NCBI GenBank assembly: GCA_963727895.1
Contig: CAVSHT010000004.1
Location: forward strand, 352,001-416,000
From: an uncultured Methanosarcinaceae archaeon
GTDB lineage: Archaea; Halobacteriota; Methanosarcinia; Methanosarcinales; Methanosarcinaceae
Length of the DNA stretch: 64,000 nucleotides
Direction: 5' to 3'
Shown here in pieces: positions 23,804 to 35,130 of this stretch. A program made the translations under genes and the position numbers. Position 1 is the stretch's first letter. Each line of letters begins with the position of its first letter. The notes beneath the pieces were generated by a model. It was not told the DNA's origin, searched no databases, and worked only from the letters and a program-made list of their open reading frames with translations.

Positions 23804-24952
23804 ATGCTTTATAAGCTGGACATGCCCTCTCTTTCTATCGTAATGCCTTCCATGAATGAAGAAGAAACCATTCGAATTTGCATAGAAAAAGCTCAGTCTA
23901 TATTCAAAAAATATGGTTTAGAAGGAGAGATAATAATTGCTGACAACTCTTCAGACAGGACTGCAGAGATTGCGTCATTAATGGGTGCAAAAGTCATAGG
24001 TCCAATAAAAGGTTACGGAAATGCTTACCTTAAAGGGCTGGCTGAAGCAAAAGGGGACTATATTGCTATTGCCGATGCAGACAATACATACGACTTACTT
24101 GAGTTGGATAAGTTCTTTGACCCACTTATGGCAGGAGAAGCAGACTTTATAATGGGAACCAGGCTTAAAGGCGACATCAAAAAAGGAGCTATGCCATGGC
24201 TGCATCAATATATAGGAAATCCTTTCCTGACAGCAATGTTAAACTTTCTTTTTAAAACAAAAATCTCGGACGCTCACTGTGGAATGCGAGCTTTTACAAA
24301 AGAAGCACTTGAGAAAATGAACCTTAAAACTCACGGCATGGAGCTTGCATCTGAGATGGTAATTGAGGCTGCAAAATGTGGATTGAGAATTAAAGAAGTT
24401 TCCATAACTTATTATTCACGAAAAGCTCCTTCCAAACTGCGTTCATTTCACGACGGCTGGCGTCATATCAGGTTTATGATGTTATACCGCCCTCTACCAT
24501 TTCTTCTTCTGCCTGGAGCTGTAGTTTTTGTTCTTGGTATTTTGGTAATCTGTTCTCTTCTGTTTAGTGGTGAAGGAGCACAAAACAGACTCCATTCATT
24601 TATTTTAGGCTGTATGCTCTTAATTATGGGAGGACAGACTCTATCTACTGGAAGCTATATGAAAATGTATAGTCTTGTCCGGGGTGGGCACCCTAAGAGT
24701 AAAAACATTAATTCAAAGTGGCTGAACTATCATTCTCTTGAAAAAGAGTTGCTTGCAGGTTCAATAATCCTGGGTGTAGGAATTTTGCTCGGACTAAGAG
24801 TAATATACACATGGATCAGTTCAGGGTATGGATCTCTCTCAGAAGTGAAAAGTGCAGCTGTTTCTATGGTTTTTGCTTTTATCGGTCTTCAAATGATTTT
24901 TTCAGCTATTGTCCTGAGCGTAATGCTTCTTGAAGTAGATACTGACTGGTAA
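23804..24952 (+). CDS. GT2 glycosyltransferase (DPM/DPG synthase-like) with C-terminal TM region
   Basis: SIVMP..NEE, GYGNA, DAD motif, SDAHCGMRAF. Confidence 0.9.
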   Translation: MLYKLDMPSLSIVMPSMNEEETIRICIEKAQSIFKKYGLEGEIIIADNSSDRTAEIASLMGAKVIGPIKGYGNAYLKGLAEAKGDYIAIADADNTYDLLELDKFFDPLMAGEADFIMGTRLKGDIKKGAMPWLHQYIGNPFLTAMLNFLFKTKISDAHCGMRAFTKEALEKMNLKTHGMELASEMVIEAAKCGLRIKEVSITYYSRKAPSKLRSFHDGWRHIRFMMLYRPLPFLLLPGAVVFVLGILVICSLLFSGEGAQNRLHSFILGCMLLIMGGQTLSTGSYMKMYSLVRGGHPKSKNINSKWLNYHSLEKELLAGSIILGVGILLGLRVIYTWISSGYGSLSEVKSAAVSMVFAFIGLQMIFSAIVLSVMLLEVDTDW

Positions 24953-24960
24953 GTGGTATA

Positions 24961-26130
24961 ATGAAGATCGCCTTTGTTTATGATGCTGTCTACCCCTGGG
25001 TCAAAGGTGGTGCAGAAATGCGTATCCATGAGCTAGGAAAACGGCTTTCAGACAAAGGTTATGAAGTACACATTTACGGTGTCAAATGGTGGGAAGGAGA
25101 AAATACCATCAGATATGAAAGTATGACCCTGCATGGAGTTTGCAAAGCTCGAGATCTATATGTAAACGGCAGGCGTTCAATCTCTGAAGCAATTGTCTTT
25201 TCCATAAAACTGTTTCCAGAACTCAGGAAAGAGAATTTTGACCTTATAGATGTAAGTGTCTTTCCCTATTTTTCTTGCTTTACCGTAAAAATGATTTCAA
25301 TCCTGAAAAAGACTCCCGCAGTGTTTACCTGGCACGAAGTGTGGGATGATTACTGGTACGTATATATGGGAAAAGCAGGATTTTTTGGAAAATTGATCGA
25401 AAAAACGGTTTCGAAATTATCTGATAAACACATTGCAGTTTCGGAATGGACAAAAAAGAGGCTTAAAGATCTTAAAGTTCCTGAAGAAAGGATTCAGGTT
25501 ATTCATAACGGGATAGATCTTAAAGAAATTTCCAGGATTGAGCCCGAAGGCAGAACATCTTTTCTGGAATTTGAGAATAAAAGATACGATATTATTTTTG
25601 CAGGCCGGCTTATAAAAGAAAAAAATGTTGATCTCCTGGTTAAAGCTGTATCTCTTCTTAAAGAAGATTTTCCGAATGTCAAATGCTGTATTGTTGGAGA
25701 TGGACCTGAAAAGTTATCGCTGGTTGAACTCGCAAAAAAAACTGGAGTTTATGAGAGTATTGAGTTTTCAGGTTTTCAGGAGTATAAAGCACTTATCGGA
25801 AAAATCAAGGTTTCAAAGGTACTTGTGCTGCCCTCAAGCCGAGAAGGATTTGGAATGGTTGTTATTGAGGCTTTTGCCTGTGCAGTACCTGTGATAACCG
25901 TAAGAGCAAAGTACAACGCTGCACAGGGACTGGTTGAAGAGGAAATTGATGGATTTGTTGTTCAACCGGATGAAAGAGACATTTCAAGAGCCATAGAAAA
26001 AATAATTGAGAAAAACTCGGGTTATAGAAAGATTTCAAACGCTGCTCATCAGAAAGCTGAGAAATACGATTGGGAAAAAACAGTTGAGAAATTAAATTTA
26101 ACTTATGAAGCTTATACGAAAGAATCTTAA
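24961..26130 (+). CDS. GT4 glycosyltransferase
   Basis: GGAE, FAGRL..EKNV, PSSREGFGMVVIEA. Confidence 0.92.
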   Translation: MKIAFVYDAVYPWVKGGAEMRIHELGKRLSDKGYEVHIYGVKWWEGENTIRYESMTLHGVCKARDLYVNGRRSISEAIVFSIKLFPELRKENFDLIDVSVFPYFSCFTVKMISILKKTPAVFTWHEVWDDYWYVYMGKAGFFGKLIEKTVSKLSDKHIAVSEWTKKRLKDLKVPEERIQVIHNGIDLKEISRIEPEGRTSFLEFENKRYDIIFAGRLIKEKNVDLLVKAVSLLKEDFPNVKCCIVGDGPEKLSLVELAKKTGVYESIEFSGFQEYKALIGKIKVSKVLVLPSSREGFGMVVIEAFACAVPVITVRAKYNAAQGLVEEEIDGFVVQPDERDISRAIEKIIEKNSGYRKISNAAHQKAEKYDWEKTVEKLNLTYEAYTKES

Positions 26131-26270
26131 AATCAGGTTCAGTTGTTTTTACTTAAAGGAATATTAAAGATAGTGGTAATTAAAAAACTGTGAGAAATAT
26201 TTAAACCACAAACTTTGTTTACTATTTCTACTATTAAAATAACCTGATTTATCTGGGTAGTGGAATTACC

Positions 26271-27127
26271 GGTTCCGTTGCAAAAAATCTTAGAATAAGC
26301 CTGTAAATCTATGAATAATGAATAAAAGTTAAAATATTCAAAAAGATATGTCAATATTATAGAACTATTCCAAATAATTGATTAATATATTTAGCTTCAT
26401 TAAAGCCAGAGTAATTTAAGTTCTTGATTTGTCCTTTTTTAATCATATTCATCGCTTCAATTCCTTTTAAAGTTTTAATGGCTGTATGAAAAGACTGAAA
26501 TCCTAACATTGGATTAACGATTCGTTTAATGGATCTATGATCTTGTTCTATAATGTTATTCAAATATTTGATTTGTCGAATGCCTACGTTTATAGGTAGT
26601 ATTTTATCATTTTTCAGTTTATCTATAGCAGGTGGATAAGCTGGATTTTTGTCAACTGTGATTACTCTTGGAATTTGATTATGATTAGAGTTCAAAGCTT
26701 TTTTGAAGAATCTGTTCGCTGCTTTTTTATTTCGTTTTGCACTTAACATGAAATCAATTGTATCTCCATTTGAGTCAACTGCTCGGTAAAAATATTTCCA
26801 TTCACCTTTAACTCTGATATAAGTTTCATCAACTCTCCAAGAGTCGTTTGTTGGTCTTAAATGCCTTCTGACCTTCTTTTCGATTTCAGGTGAATATTGA
26901 TGTACCCATCTCATAATGGTTGTATGGTTGACTATTATCCCTCTTTCTGCCATCATTTCCTTTAAATTTCTATAACTAAGTGGGTATTTTAAGTACCATC
27001 TAACATTCAATAAAATAATTTCACCTACAAAGTGCTTCCATTTAAAGGAATTAGATAGCATATCACTATCTTTGATTTCATTTTTATTTTAATTATATCC
27101 TTAGCAGATATTTTTTGCAACGGAACC
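26271..27127 (-). mobile_element. IS6-family element copy 4 (intact transposase 26357-27061)
   Basis: same IRs and length. Confidence 0.97.
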
Positions 27128-27199
27128 CTTTTCAGTAACTGAATCTAAAAATCAAATTCTTTAACTGCTTTTGAGATCATTTTAATTCCATGCCTTTTA

Positions 27200-27462
27200 T
27201 TACAACGGGAGCGCAGAGGGTCACGAATACCCCATTCTTTAGATTAGGGATGAAGTGGACCCTCGCCTCTTCTTATTTCTCTTTGAATATCTAAACCATA
27301 GCTTCCTTTTATGTAGATAGTAAATCGGATAGGAAACCGAGGTCAAAATTTCAATCACTTATAGTAAGGAAACTTTGTTAAAGGATGCTTAATCATCTGT
27401 CTCCAATTAATCGGGCGGACGGCCCGAAGCATACTCCATCCTTTAGGGTGGGGTGGCCGCAC
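27200..27462 (+). mobile_element. non-autonomous IS200/IS605-derived element (ends only)
   Basis: two subterminal hairpins with CTTTAG-type loops (27216-27264; 27433-27454), no ORF between. Confidence 0.6.
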
Positions 27463-27742
27463 GCAACTTGATTTTACTGTATATATAAAAGACAAATATT
27501 ACTATGATAATTTTCTTTATTTCAATTTTGGAATTTTGATTAAAATGTAGAGCAATAATTCAATGTATCATTAAAAAACCAGAAAAAATAATTAGCATAG
27601 AGGCGTTATTCAAATACCTTCAAGCATGTTCAAGATACATGACTGTTATTACTAAATTCTAAAAATAAGTGATTCTGTAAATTAAACATTACTAGAAGCC
27701 CTAAAATAACCCTAAAAACAACTTTCATTAAGAAAATAAAAA

Positions 27743-29272
27743 ATGATCCCTATGCATCCTAAAACTCAACAGATCCTCGAAGTCTTTGAAGAAATTAATA
27801 AAATTCCAAGACGTTCAAAGCATGAAGAACAGATTTCAATATGGCTTCAGGAATGGAGCCGATCTAGAGGTTTTGAAGTAAAAACTGATTCCTTAAACAA
27901 CGTACTTATCAAAGTTCCTGCAACGGCTGGATATGAACAGTCTCCCACACTTATCCTGCAGGGACATATGGATATGGTCTGCGAGAAATGTAAAGATTCA
28001 AAACACGACTTTTCCAGAGACCCTGTGAAATGCGTTTGTGATGGAAACTGGTTGCGAGGAGATGGGATTTCCATAGGCGCAGATAATGGTATTGCACTTG
28101 CAATTGGACTTGTACTGGCAGAATCCGGGAAAAAAGGAGAAATAGAACATCCTCCCCTTGAGCTGCTTTTTACGGTAGATGAAGAGACAGGCTTGACAGG
28201 AGCAAGGAGACTTAAAGCTGATTTTTTCGAAGGAAAAATACTTCTGAATCTTGACTCAGAGGATGAAGGAATTTTTGTAATAGGGTGTGCAGGCGGGCAG
28301 AATTCGCTGATTACATTACCTGTTGAATGGGAAATATTTGATGTTGAAGAAGAAAATTTATTCCATTTTTTCAGGCTCTCGGTTGAAGGATTAGAAGGCG
28401 GACATTCTGGAGTTGAAATAAATAAGCAGCGAGCAAACGGAATACAACTGTTTTCCTTTGTATTGGCTGGACTCAGAGAAAAGCTTGGGCCAGAAAATAT
28501 AAGGCTCATTTTGCTGAATGGAGGAAGTGTCCATAATGCAATTCCAAGTACTGCAGAATCCTTTGTTGCAGTCAATAAGGAAAAACTCGAAGACACAGAA
28601 AGAGCCTTGTCGAGTCTAAAGCAAACATTCAAGGCTGAGTATGCAAAAACTGATCCAAAACTTACTTTGAATCTTGAAGAAATTAGTAGAGAAATAATCT
28701 TTGAAGTTGCTGAATATAAGATACAAAAAGAAAAAGTATCTCATATTCGGGTTTTTTCAGCCAAAACCGAAGAGAAGCTAATAGAGCTAATTCTGGGACT
28801 GCCGCATGGAGTTTACAGAATGTCAGAGAATATTCAGGGACTCGTCGAAACCTCAAATAACCTTGCAACAGTAAGAACGGTGGAAAACAAAGTAATAATC
28901 GTATCAAGCCAGCGCAGTTCAAATAACTCCCGGCTGGCTGAAATTAGTGGAAAATTAGAAGCTGTCGCAAAACTTGCAGGTGCATTGGTTGAACATGAAC
29001 CCGGATATCCTGCCTGGGAACCTGAAACGAAATCTGAACTACTCTTAAAATGTAAACAGGTCTATACCGAGACTTTTGGAGAAGAGCCTGAGATTGAAGT
29101 GATTCATGCAGGACTTGAATGTGGAATAATTGGTTCAGTGCATAAGGGTATGGAAATGATTTCTTTCGGGCCGACGATTAAATATGCACATAGCCCTTCG
29201 GAAAGGATCTTCATTCCTTCGATAGAGAAAGTCTGGATATTCCTCGAAAAACTGCTTAAAACTTATTGCTGA
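27743..29272 (+). CDS. pepD: aminoacyl-histidine dipeptidase (M20C)
   Basis: LQGHMDMVCEK, GADNGI, TVDEETG, GGHSG, IHAGLECG. Confidence 0.92.
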   Translation: MIPMHPKTQQILEVFEEINKIPRRSKHEEQISIWLQEWSRSRGFEVKTDSLNNVLIKVPATAGYEQSPTLILQGHMDMVCEKCKDSKHDFSRDPVKCVCDGNWLRGDGISIGADNGIALAIGLVLAESGKKGEIEHPPLELLFTVDEETGLTGARRLKADFFEGKILLNLDSEDEGIFVIGCAGGQNSLITLPVEWEIFDVEEENLFHFFRLSVEGLEGGHSGVEINKQRANGIQLFSFVLAGLREKLGPENIRLILLNGGSVHNAIPSTAESFVAVNKEKLEDTERALSSLKQTFKAEYAKTDPKLTLNLEEISREIIFEVAEYKIQKEKVSHIRVFSAKTEEKLIELILGLPHGVYRMSENIQGLVETSNNLATVRTVENKVIIVSSQRSSNNSRLAEISGKLEAVAKLAGALVEHEPGYPAWEPETKSELLLKCKQVYTETFGEEPEIEVIHAGLECGIIGSVHKGMEMISFGPTIKYAHSPSERIFIPSIEKVWIFLEKLLKTYC

Positions 29273-29344
29273 CATGAATACTAAAAACGACACCTTAGGC
29301 GTGATCAACCGGCGCAACGGTTGGTTGATCTAAAAATAAACAGC

Positions 29345-30094
29345 CTATCCTTGTAAGTATACTTTTCCAGGTTGATAGTCCCGTAATAACCAGATGCCAT
29401 AAAAGAACAGAATAAACGAAAAAAGTACTAACACTAGCCCCTGAGAAGGACTTGTCAGAAATACCAGGCAGTCCCATAGCCAATGAATAATGATTAACGG
29501 AATTACTGTGTCGATACGTATACGTAAAGCTATCGTCCAGACCCCAAACATAACTGCAAAAAAAGCCTGAACTACGCTTGCCTTAAAATCTCCTGTTATT
29601 AATCCATTTAATGTATGAACCGAACCAAAAATAATTGCCGTAATCCACACTGCACGCCAGATACCAAATGCTGATGAAGTTCCATGGAACAATACGCCCC
29701 GAAACATCAACTCTTCGTTGATACCTACTATTAAGGTATTGAGAACTACAAGTAAAAGTACTCGGGTCGGCGGCAAGTCTGTAAATAAAACTGTCACCAG
29801 CAAGAAGAGAAGAAATATTGTAGGTAGCCATAACAGACGTAAATTCTGTAAATTATTCGGGCCTTTCCACCCTACCCGATTCCACCAATTTAAATATGTA
29901 AGTACCATATACAAAAAAATAACTGCACCAAGCACTCCAAAAACAAGCTGGTTTTTAACTAATTCATCAAGTTGAGTAGGCTTGCCTCTGACCTGTAGCA
30001 GTCCTCCTCCTACAACGATAATCAGCCAAATAGTAAATATTTTCAGTGAAGTAAACCAATCTTTTCTTGATGTATTCATCTTGTTTTTCTCCAA
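29345..30094 (-). CDS. CPBP-family (CAAX/Abi) intramembrane metalloprotease
   Basis: EELMFRG, FGSVH, IIIHWLWD. Confidence 0.88.
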   Translation of the reverse strand: MEKNKMNTSRKDWFTSLKIFTIWLIIVVGGGLLQVRGKPTQLDELVKNQLVFGVLGAVIFLYMVLTYLNWWNRVGWKGPNNLQNLRLLWLPTIFLLFLLVTVLFTDLPPTRVLLLVVLNTLIVGINEELMFRGVLFHGTSSAFGIWRAVWITAIIFGSVHTLNGLITGDFKASVVQAFFAVMFGVWTIALRIRIDTVIPLIIIHWLWDCLVFLTSPSQGLVLVLFSFILFFYGIWLLRDYQPGKVYLQG

Positions 30095-30114
30095 TCGGAT
30101 TTAATAGTGTTCTT

Positions 30115-30854
30115 GGCATTGTTATTTAAATATATCTAGTTCTTTATTTATGTATTTTATCAATAGAATAACCGAGTACTTTAGCATTTCAAGACTCTTC
30201 GTATAACACTTTGTCTTTCTTCTCAATCTTGCTAGAAAATGCCTCAATATGCTGTTATATCCCTCAACTGTAAATGTTTCTGCTTTGGATTGAGTATGGA
30301 TCTTTTCTGGAAGAAACTCTGCATATGCTCTCCAGTGATCTGTCATCACTTCTCCAATCTCTTTTTTCTTCAATTTTTCCCAGAGTAGTTTTCCAGTTTC
30401 CGTTCCTCTGCTACCAAAAGAGCAGTTGATGAACTTTTTCCCAACTCTATCAACAGCAATCCAGATCCAGCAATATTTTTTTTTGTTACCGATGTAAGTT
30501 GCATCTCGTCCATTTCAACAATAGATATCTCATTTTCACTTTTTAAAGCCTCTAACTCCGGACCAAATTTCTTGATCCATCTTTGGACAGAAACATGACT
30601 TACCCCTAAAACTCTTCCTATTGAGCGAAAACCCAATCCTTCAAGATAGAGTTGTAAAGCCTGTCTTTTTGCAGAAGCGGAAAAAGCAGTTGATTTTAGC
30701 TCTACTGTATAGTTATATCCACAATCAGAGCATTTGTAGCGTTGACGCCCACCAACTATACCGTTCTTTTTGTGACTGGAACTATTGCATCTGGGGCAGT
30801 TCATGAAGAAATATATGTTATAAGCATACATATCTATTTTTGTATACCAATGCC
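30115..30854 (-). mobile_element. IS1-family element (insA/insB with A-run frameshift site)
   Basis: GGCATTG termini; CPRC..G.QRYKC..C zinc ribbon; VEMDEM, MTDHW, VEGYNS. Confidence 0.93.
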
Positions 30855-30896
30855 AAATTTACATATCAAAGTTGTGCTGGCGCACCCCGCAGCAAG

Positions 30897-31009
30897 GGGG
30901 CTGTCCGATAATTACCGTCGGTAATCAAAGAATTCTCTCTTTTTTGATTTAAATGTCTTATTTGCTTTCTTTTTAGCGCTTTTTTATTACGACCAAATTG
31001 TACAGCCTC
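30897..31009. mobile_element. 113-bp MITE inserted into a GC palindrome
   Basis: imperfect IRs GGGGCTGTCCGAT / GAGGCTGTACAAT flanked by a CAAG direct repeat. Confidence 0.6.
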
Positions 31010-31755
31010 CAAGCCAGCGGGGTATTCGACTGAATAAAAATAGACTTCTTCTTAACTCCTTTTTCTTTTTAATTACATCTTTTGACACACTTATAGTTGA
31101 GTTATATACTATAAAATAATATTATTAGGAGGTAAAAATATACATTTATTCAATAGGCATAATCAAAAAATTTATTAGACTTGTTAGACTCTTGCCTTCA
31201 GGTAATATAGAGTATATGTTGAGAAAATGAGTTTATGCAAAATAATGTATGCAATTAAATTCAGTTTTTTAATGAAACAACATTTCTTGTTCATCTATCC
31301 CTGAAATTTTCAACGGCATTAAAATTTAAAATGAAAGAGAATGATTATATGCAATTAAAACTTTTGGTATGGATAGGTTTTTTGGGGCGATTATGATATA
31401 TATATCTCATACCTGTATAAGTATATAGATTAAGAGTTATGGGTTTCCTCTTAATCTTTGGGTTGGATCGCAGGTAGGGTTCGAGAATAGGGACTCGGTA
31501 ACCCTACCATCTACTTTCAAATTAATTTTTAAACAAACCTACACTATTTTGTATAGATATTATGTATAATAAATCTTATGACCGTTCCTAAATTCATATT
31601 ATTATTTATACTGAAGGTTACTGATTTTTAAATAAACTATCAAATTAAATAATTTGTTATTTTTCTTTAGCTTCATTCAATAATCAAGATTCATTATATT
31701 TTTTTGCAACTTGTGTATAAGGCCAAAGCAAACTAAAGTTCACTTCCATAAAATA

Positions 31756-32085
31756 GAAGTTTCCATAATAGAAGTTTCCATAATAGAAGTTTCCATAATA
31801 GAAGTTTCCATAATAGAAGTTTCCATAATAGAAGTTTCCATAATAGAAGTTTCCATAATAGAAGTTTCCATAATAGAAGTTTCCATAATAGAAGTTTCCA
31901 TAATAGAAGTTTCCATAATAGAAGTTTCCATAATAGAAGTTTCCATAATAGAAGTTTCCATAATAGAAGTTTCCATAATAGAAGTTTCCATAATAGAAGT
32001 TTCCATAATAGAAGTTTCCATAATAGAAGTTTCCATAATAGAAGTTTCCATAATAGAAGTTTCCATAATAGAAGTTTCCATAATA
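31756..32085. repeat. perfect 15-bp tandem repeat, 22 copies
   Basis: (GAAGTTTCCATAATA)22, no spacers. Confidence 0.97.
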
Positions 32086-32878
32086 GGACTTACGCATTTG
32101 CCTGCTTTGCAGGCAACTTTTTAATTTTACAATTTTTAAACCAAAGTATAGATTGGCTTTCTTATAAATTGATTAACTGCATTTATTGTAATGTTCCACT
32201 TTGTTTCAAACCATGTAGTTTCAAACCATGTAATTCCTGTTTTTATTCTTTGGATTTCAAATCTTAGAAATGCTCTCATCGCCACCATAATATGTGCTCT
32301 TTGAACATTGATCCTTCTTGCCTGACAACGCTTTACTCCACAAAACTGTTTTATTCCTCTATGATACTCTTCAATTTTCCAGACTTTTTTTGCTAACTCT
32401 TTCCTTTTTTCTTACTGCAAAAGGTTTCAAGATTAAAGCCATTTACAATCTGATGATGTTTACACTCCATTGCCTGTAAACAAGTTCAATGTGTTTGGAA
32501 TAAGGTTTATAGAGAACAGTATGTTTGGAATAAGGTGTATCAAGAACATTATCCTCGATAATAAGAAATCCAGTTTCAGGAGTGATGAGATATTTTATAT
32601 TCCCATAAAGTCTTCCGTGTCCGGAGGCTGCCTTAGAAGTAAACGAGTAAAAGAGTCATGAGCTGGACTATTCGAGTTAAAATAACTGCACTTAGAAGCT
32701 TCTGTACAGATAAATACTCTTGAAGAAACAATAAGAAAGTTGATATAATCAAGTTCAGTACATTTAGGCGGATTTATTGCCATTCAACTCAAAGATTTTT
32801 TGATCATACCTCTAATAATATAGTAATGGTTGTATTTTAATATAATTTGCAGAAAAAAGATTCAACCGCGTTAGTCCT
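32085..32878 (-). mobile_element. IS701-family remnant, internally deleted
   Basis: IRs AGGACTTACGC / AGGACTAACGC; fragments AHDSFTRLL, LIIEDNVLDTPY, WKIEEYHRGIKQFCGV. Confidence 0.8.
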
Positions 32879-33502
32879 AGATAAAATAGAAATGAGTTAT
32901 TTTCCAGGCTTTCCAAAAAGCTCTATTTTCCTAGTTTTTTATTCAACCAGAGTGTTTATTTGCAGTGGATTTAGAACTGGAAAAAAGCTATTATTATGCA
33001 TATATTCCAAAAAACACAGAATTTTTAAGAATCAGAGTATATAACAGGATATTTTTTATTAAATATTAAATTAAAGCATTAAAAATACTTATTATATCAA
33101 TTTAATTGATTAAATCGTTTTATTATAGATACATTTATATTTAATCCAGTTAATATTATGGGTGCTAGTTCACAGATAGCCTTCAAAACACTTCAACAAT
33201 ACTAAATCAATCTTCAAATTTGAAATTCAGGTTATTGACTTTAAGGGGTAAATTCGGGTCAGTTAATCGAAGGATCACGTTCAGGTTTGTGAATTCAAGG
33301 ATTTATAGGGGTTATTTCTTCAGGTTTGAGAATTAAAAAATTGAATTCAGGTTAATGGGCTAAGGGTTGGATTCTTCACTAGAACACAAAAATCACAGAT
33401 TTTGTTATAGGAAATCTAAAAACTGCAGATCTTAGAAAAGGACTTTTTCTTCTCTGCATGAATCACTTTTTCATTCAATTAAGAAAATTAGGAGTACGAC
33501 TT

Positions 33503-33838
33503 ATGATATATAAAAAATTTGACAAAACAAAAAAGACTCTTGCTATTTTGCTGATACTCTGTTTCATTTTATCTGTGACAGCTGTATCTGTTAGTGCAGC
33601 TAGTAATAGCAAGAATAAAGATGGATACAGTGATGGTTATAGAAAAGGTTACGAATATGGGAAAAAGCAGGGCCAAAAAGACTGCAATCAATACGGCAGT
33701 AAAGAAGCCCTCTCTAAAATTCCTTCTCCTCCAAATGAGTCACAATGGGCAAAATATTACAAAGACAGCTACAATAAAGGATACCGAAAAGGATACATCG
33801 ACAGTTACAATGGAAATAGATATACTTGTTTGAAATAA
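33503..33838 (+). CDS. small secreted protein with GY-rich repeats
   Basis: GGAG RBS, signal peptide (AILLILCFILSVTAVSVSA), DGY..GY..GY repeats. Confidence 0.75.
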   Translation: MIYKKFDKTKKTLAILLILCFILSVTAVSVSAASNSKNKDGYSDGYRKGYEYGKKQGQKDCNQYGSKEALSKIPSPPNESQWAKYYKDSYNKGYRKGYIDSYNGNRYTCLK

Positions 33839-34182
33839 AGGATAAGAATCCTTGAAAACTAACCAGTATATTTATTTTTACTTTTTATATTAATATACAA
33901 TAATACAAATAAAAATATTTATTTACAATTTATACTCACCTAACTAGATAAATTGCATAAAACTTTGTAAGAGTGAAGCAGGCTAACTGACACCTGCTTC
34001 AAAATCATATATGTTTCATATTGTCTGGGGCAATATTGAAGTATACTGTAGCAAATTCATACTGGGTTATGGGGGAGAGTCAATGAGAAAGTCCAAGAAA
34101 GGATCTGATCTACACTCGAAGAGATCTTGAGGATTTTATACTCATTATTTTTAATGGCTAATCCACAACCTCAACTTACAAT

Positions 34183-35130
34183 ATGGGTTTACTGGTAGAG
34201 ATGAATCTGAGGTTCTATATCTTTTGCACTGCTGCTTTCGCCTTAGGAGTGCCTGTTTTACTCACTGTAGGGGTTCCTTTCTTAGTCGACAGCAACACTA
34301 CTGCAACGATCCATGGAGCAACCTATGCCTGGGATACTCTTGAACCCCTAAATGATACTGTGATTAATATCAATTCCAACCCTCCTCAATCAATAGTAGC
34401 AAAAAATGGAGTATATTCCTTTGAATTGGGGCCTGGAGACTACATTATTACAGCTAACTATTATAGAAACAACACTTTAGTCTATTCAAAACAAACAACT
34501 TTGAAAATTGAAGATGAAGGAAACTACGTTTTTGATCTCCTTCTTTATAAAGTATCTGAAAATAGGACAGTTGAAGCAATTCGGGATAAAACAAATAACA
34601 TTAACAATGTAAATCCTGCGGAAAAAATCAGGGTTGACTATTTTACCATAAATCATTTGGGAATAATTCTTGTGCTTTTTTTCCTGTTAGGTGAAAGCTA
34701 TAAACTTTCCAGAAGGCACAAAAAGACGAGTAAAAAAAGATCTCAAGCAAGGAAATTTGATATAACGGGATTTATATTGAAGGTTTTGGGGAAAAGCCTC
34801 GGTTCTGGAATAAAATATGAGTTTCAAAGTACTGGAGAAGCAGTTTCCATAACAGAACCAATAATAGAACATGTAGATAATTATTCTAAAATTGAAACTG
34901 CTGCTCTACAGAATCCTCCTCTTTCAAGTGACCTGCATGAAATCCTTAACATAATTAGGGGTCACAGGGGTAAGATAACGCAAAAGGAACTACGCAGCAG
35001 ACTTGGGTATTCAGAAGTAAAAGTTAGCCTTCTACTAACAGAGCTAGAAAAAAGAGGATTGATTAATAAGTTTAAGCATGGGCGTGAAAATATTGTGAGC
35101 TTAACAGATAAAGAGAGAAAAGGGATCTAA
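34183..35130 (+). CDS. membrane protein with extracellular beta domain and C-terminal winged helix
   Basis: two hydrophobic segments; ITQKELR..LGYSEVKVS..LEKRGLI...GREN. Confidence 0.8.
   Translation: MGLLVEMNLRFYIFCTAAFALGVPVLLTVGVPFLVDSNTTATIHGATYAWDTLEPLNDTVININSNPPQSIVAKNGVYSFELGPGDYIITANYYRNNTLVYSKQTTLKIEDEGNYVFDLLLYKVSENRTVEAIRDKTNNINNVNPAEKIRVDYFTINHLGIILVLFFLLGESYKLSRRHKKTSKKRSQARKFDITGFILKVLGKSLGSGIKYEFQSTGEAVSITEPIIEHVDNYSKIETAALQNPPLSSDLHEILNIIRGHRGKITQKELRSRLGYSEVKVSLLLTELEKRGLINKFKHGRENIVSLTDKERKGI

Noticed and set aside
27847..28632. Long antisense ORFs (also 6234-6689, 13360-13857, 39574-40047)
   Set aside because: Shadows of well-supported genes on the opposite strand, with no recognisable motifs
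31684..32124. Tandem array as a CRISPR, or its three repeat ORFs as real genes
   Set aside because: There are no spacers; the ORFs follow automatically from a 15-bp unit, lack a clear RBS, and two overlap the IS701 end
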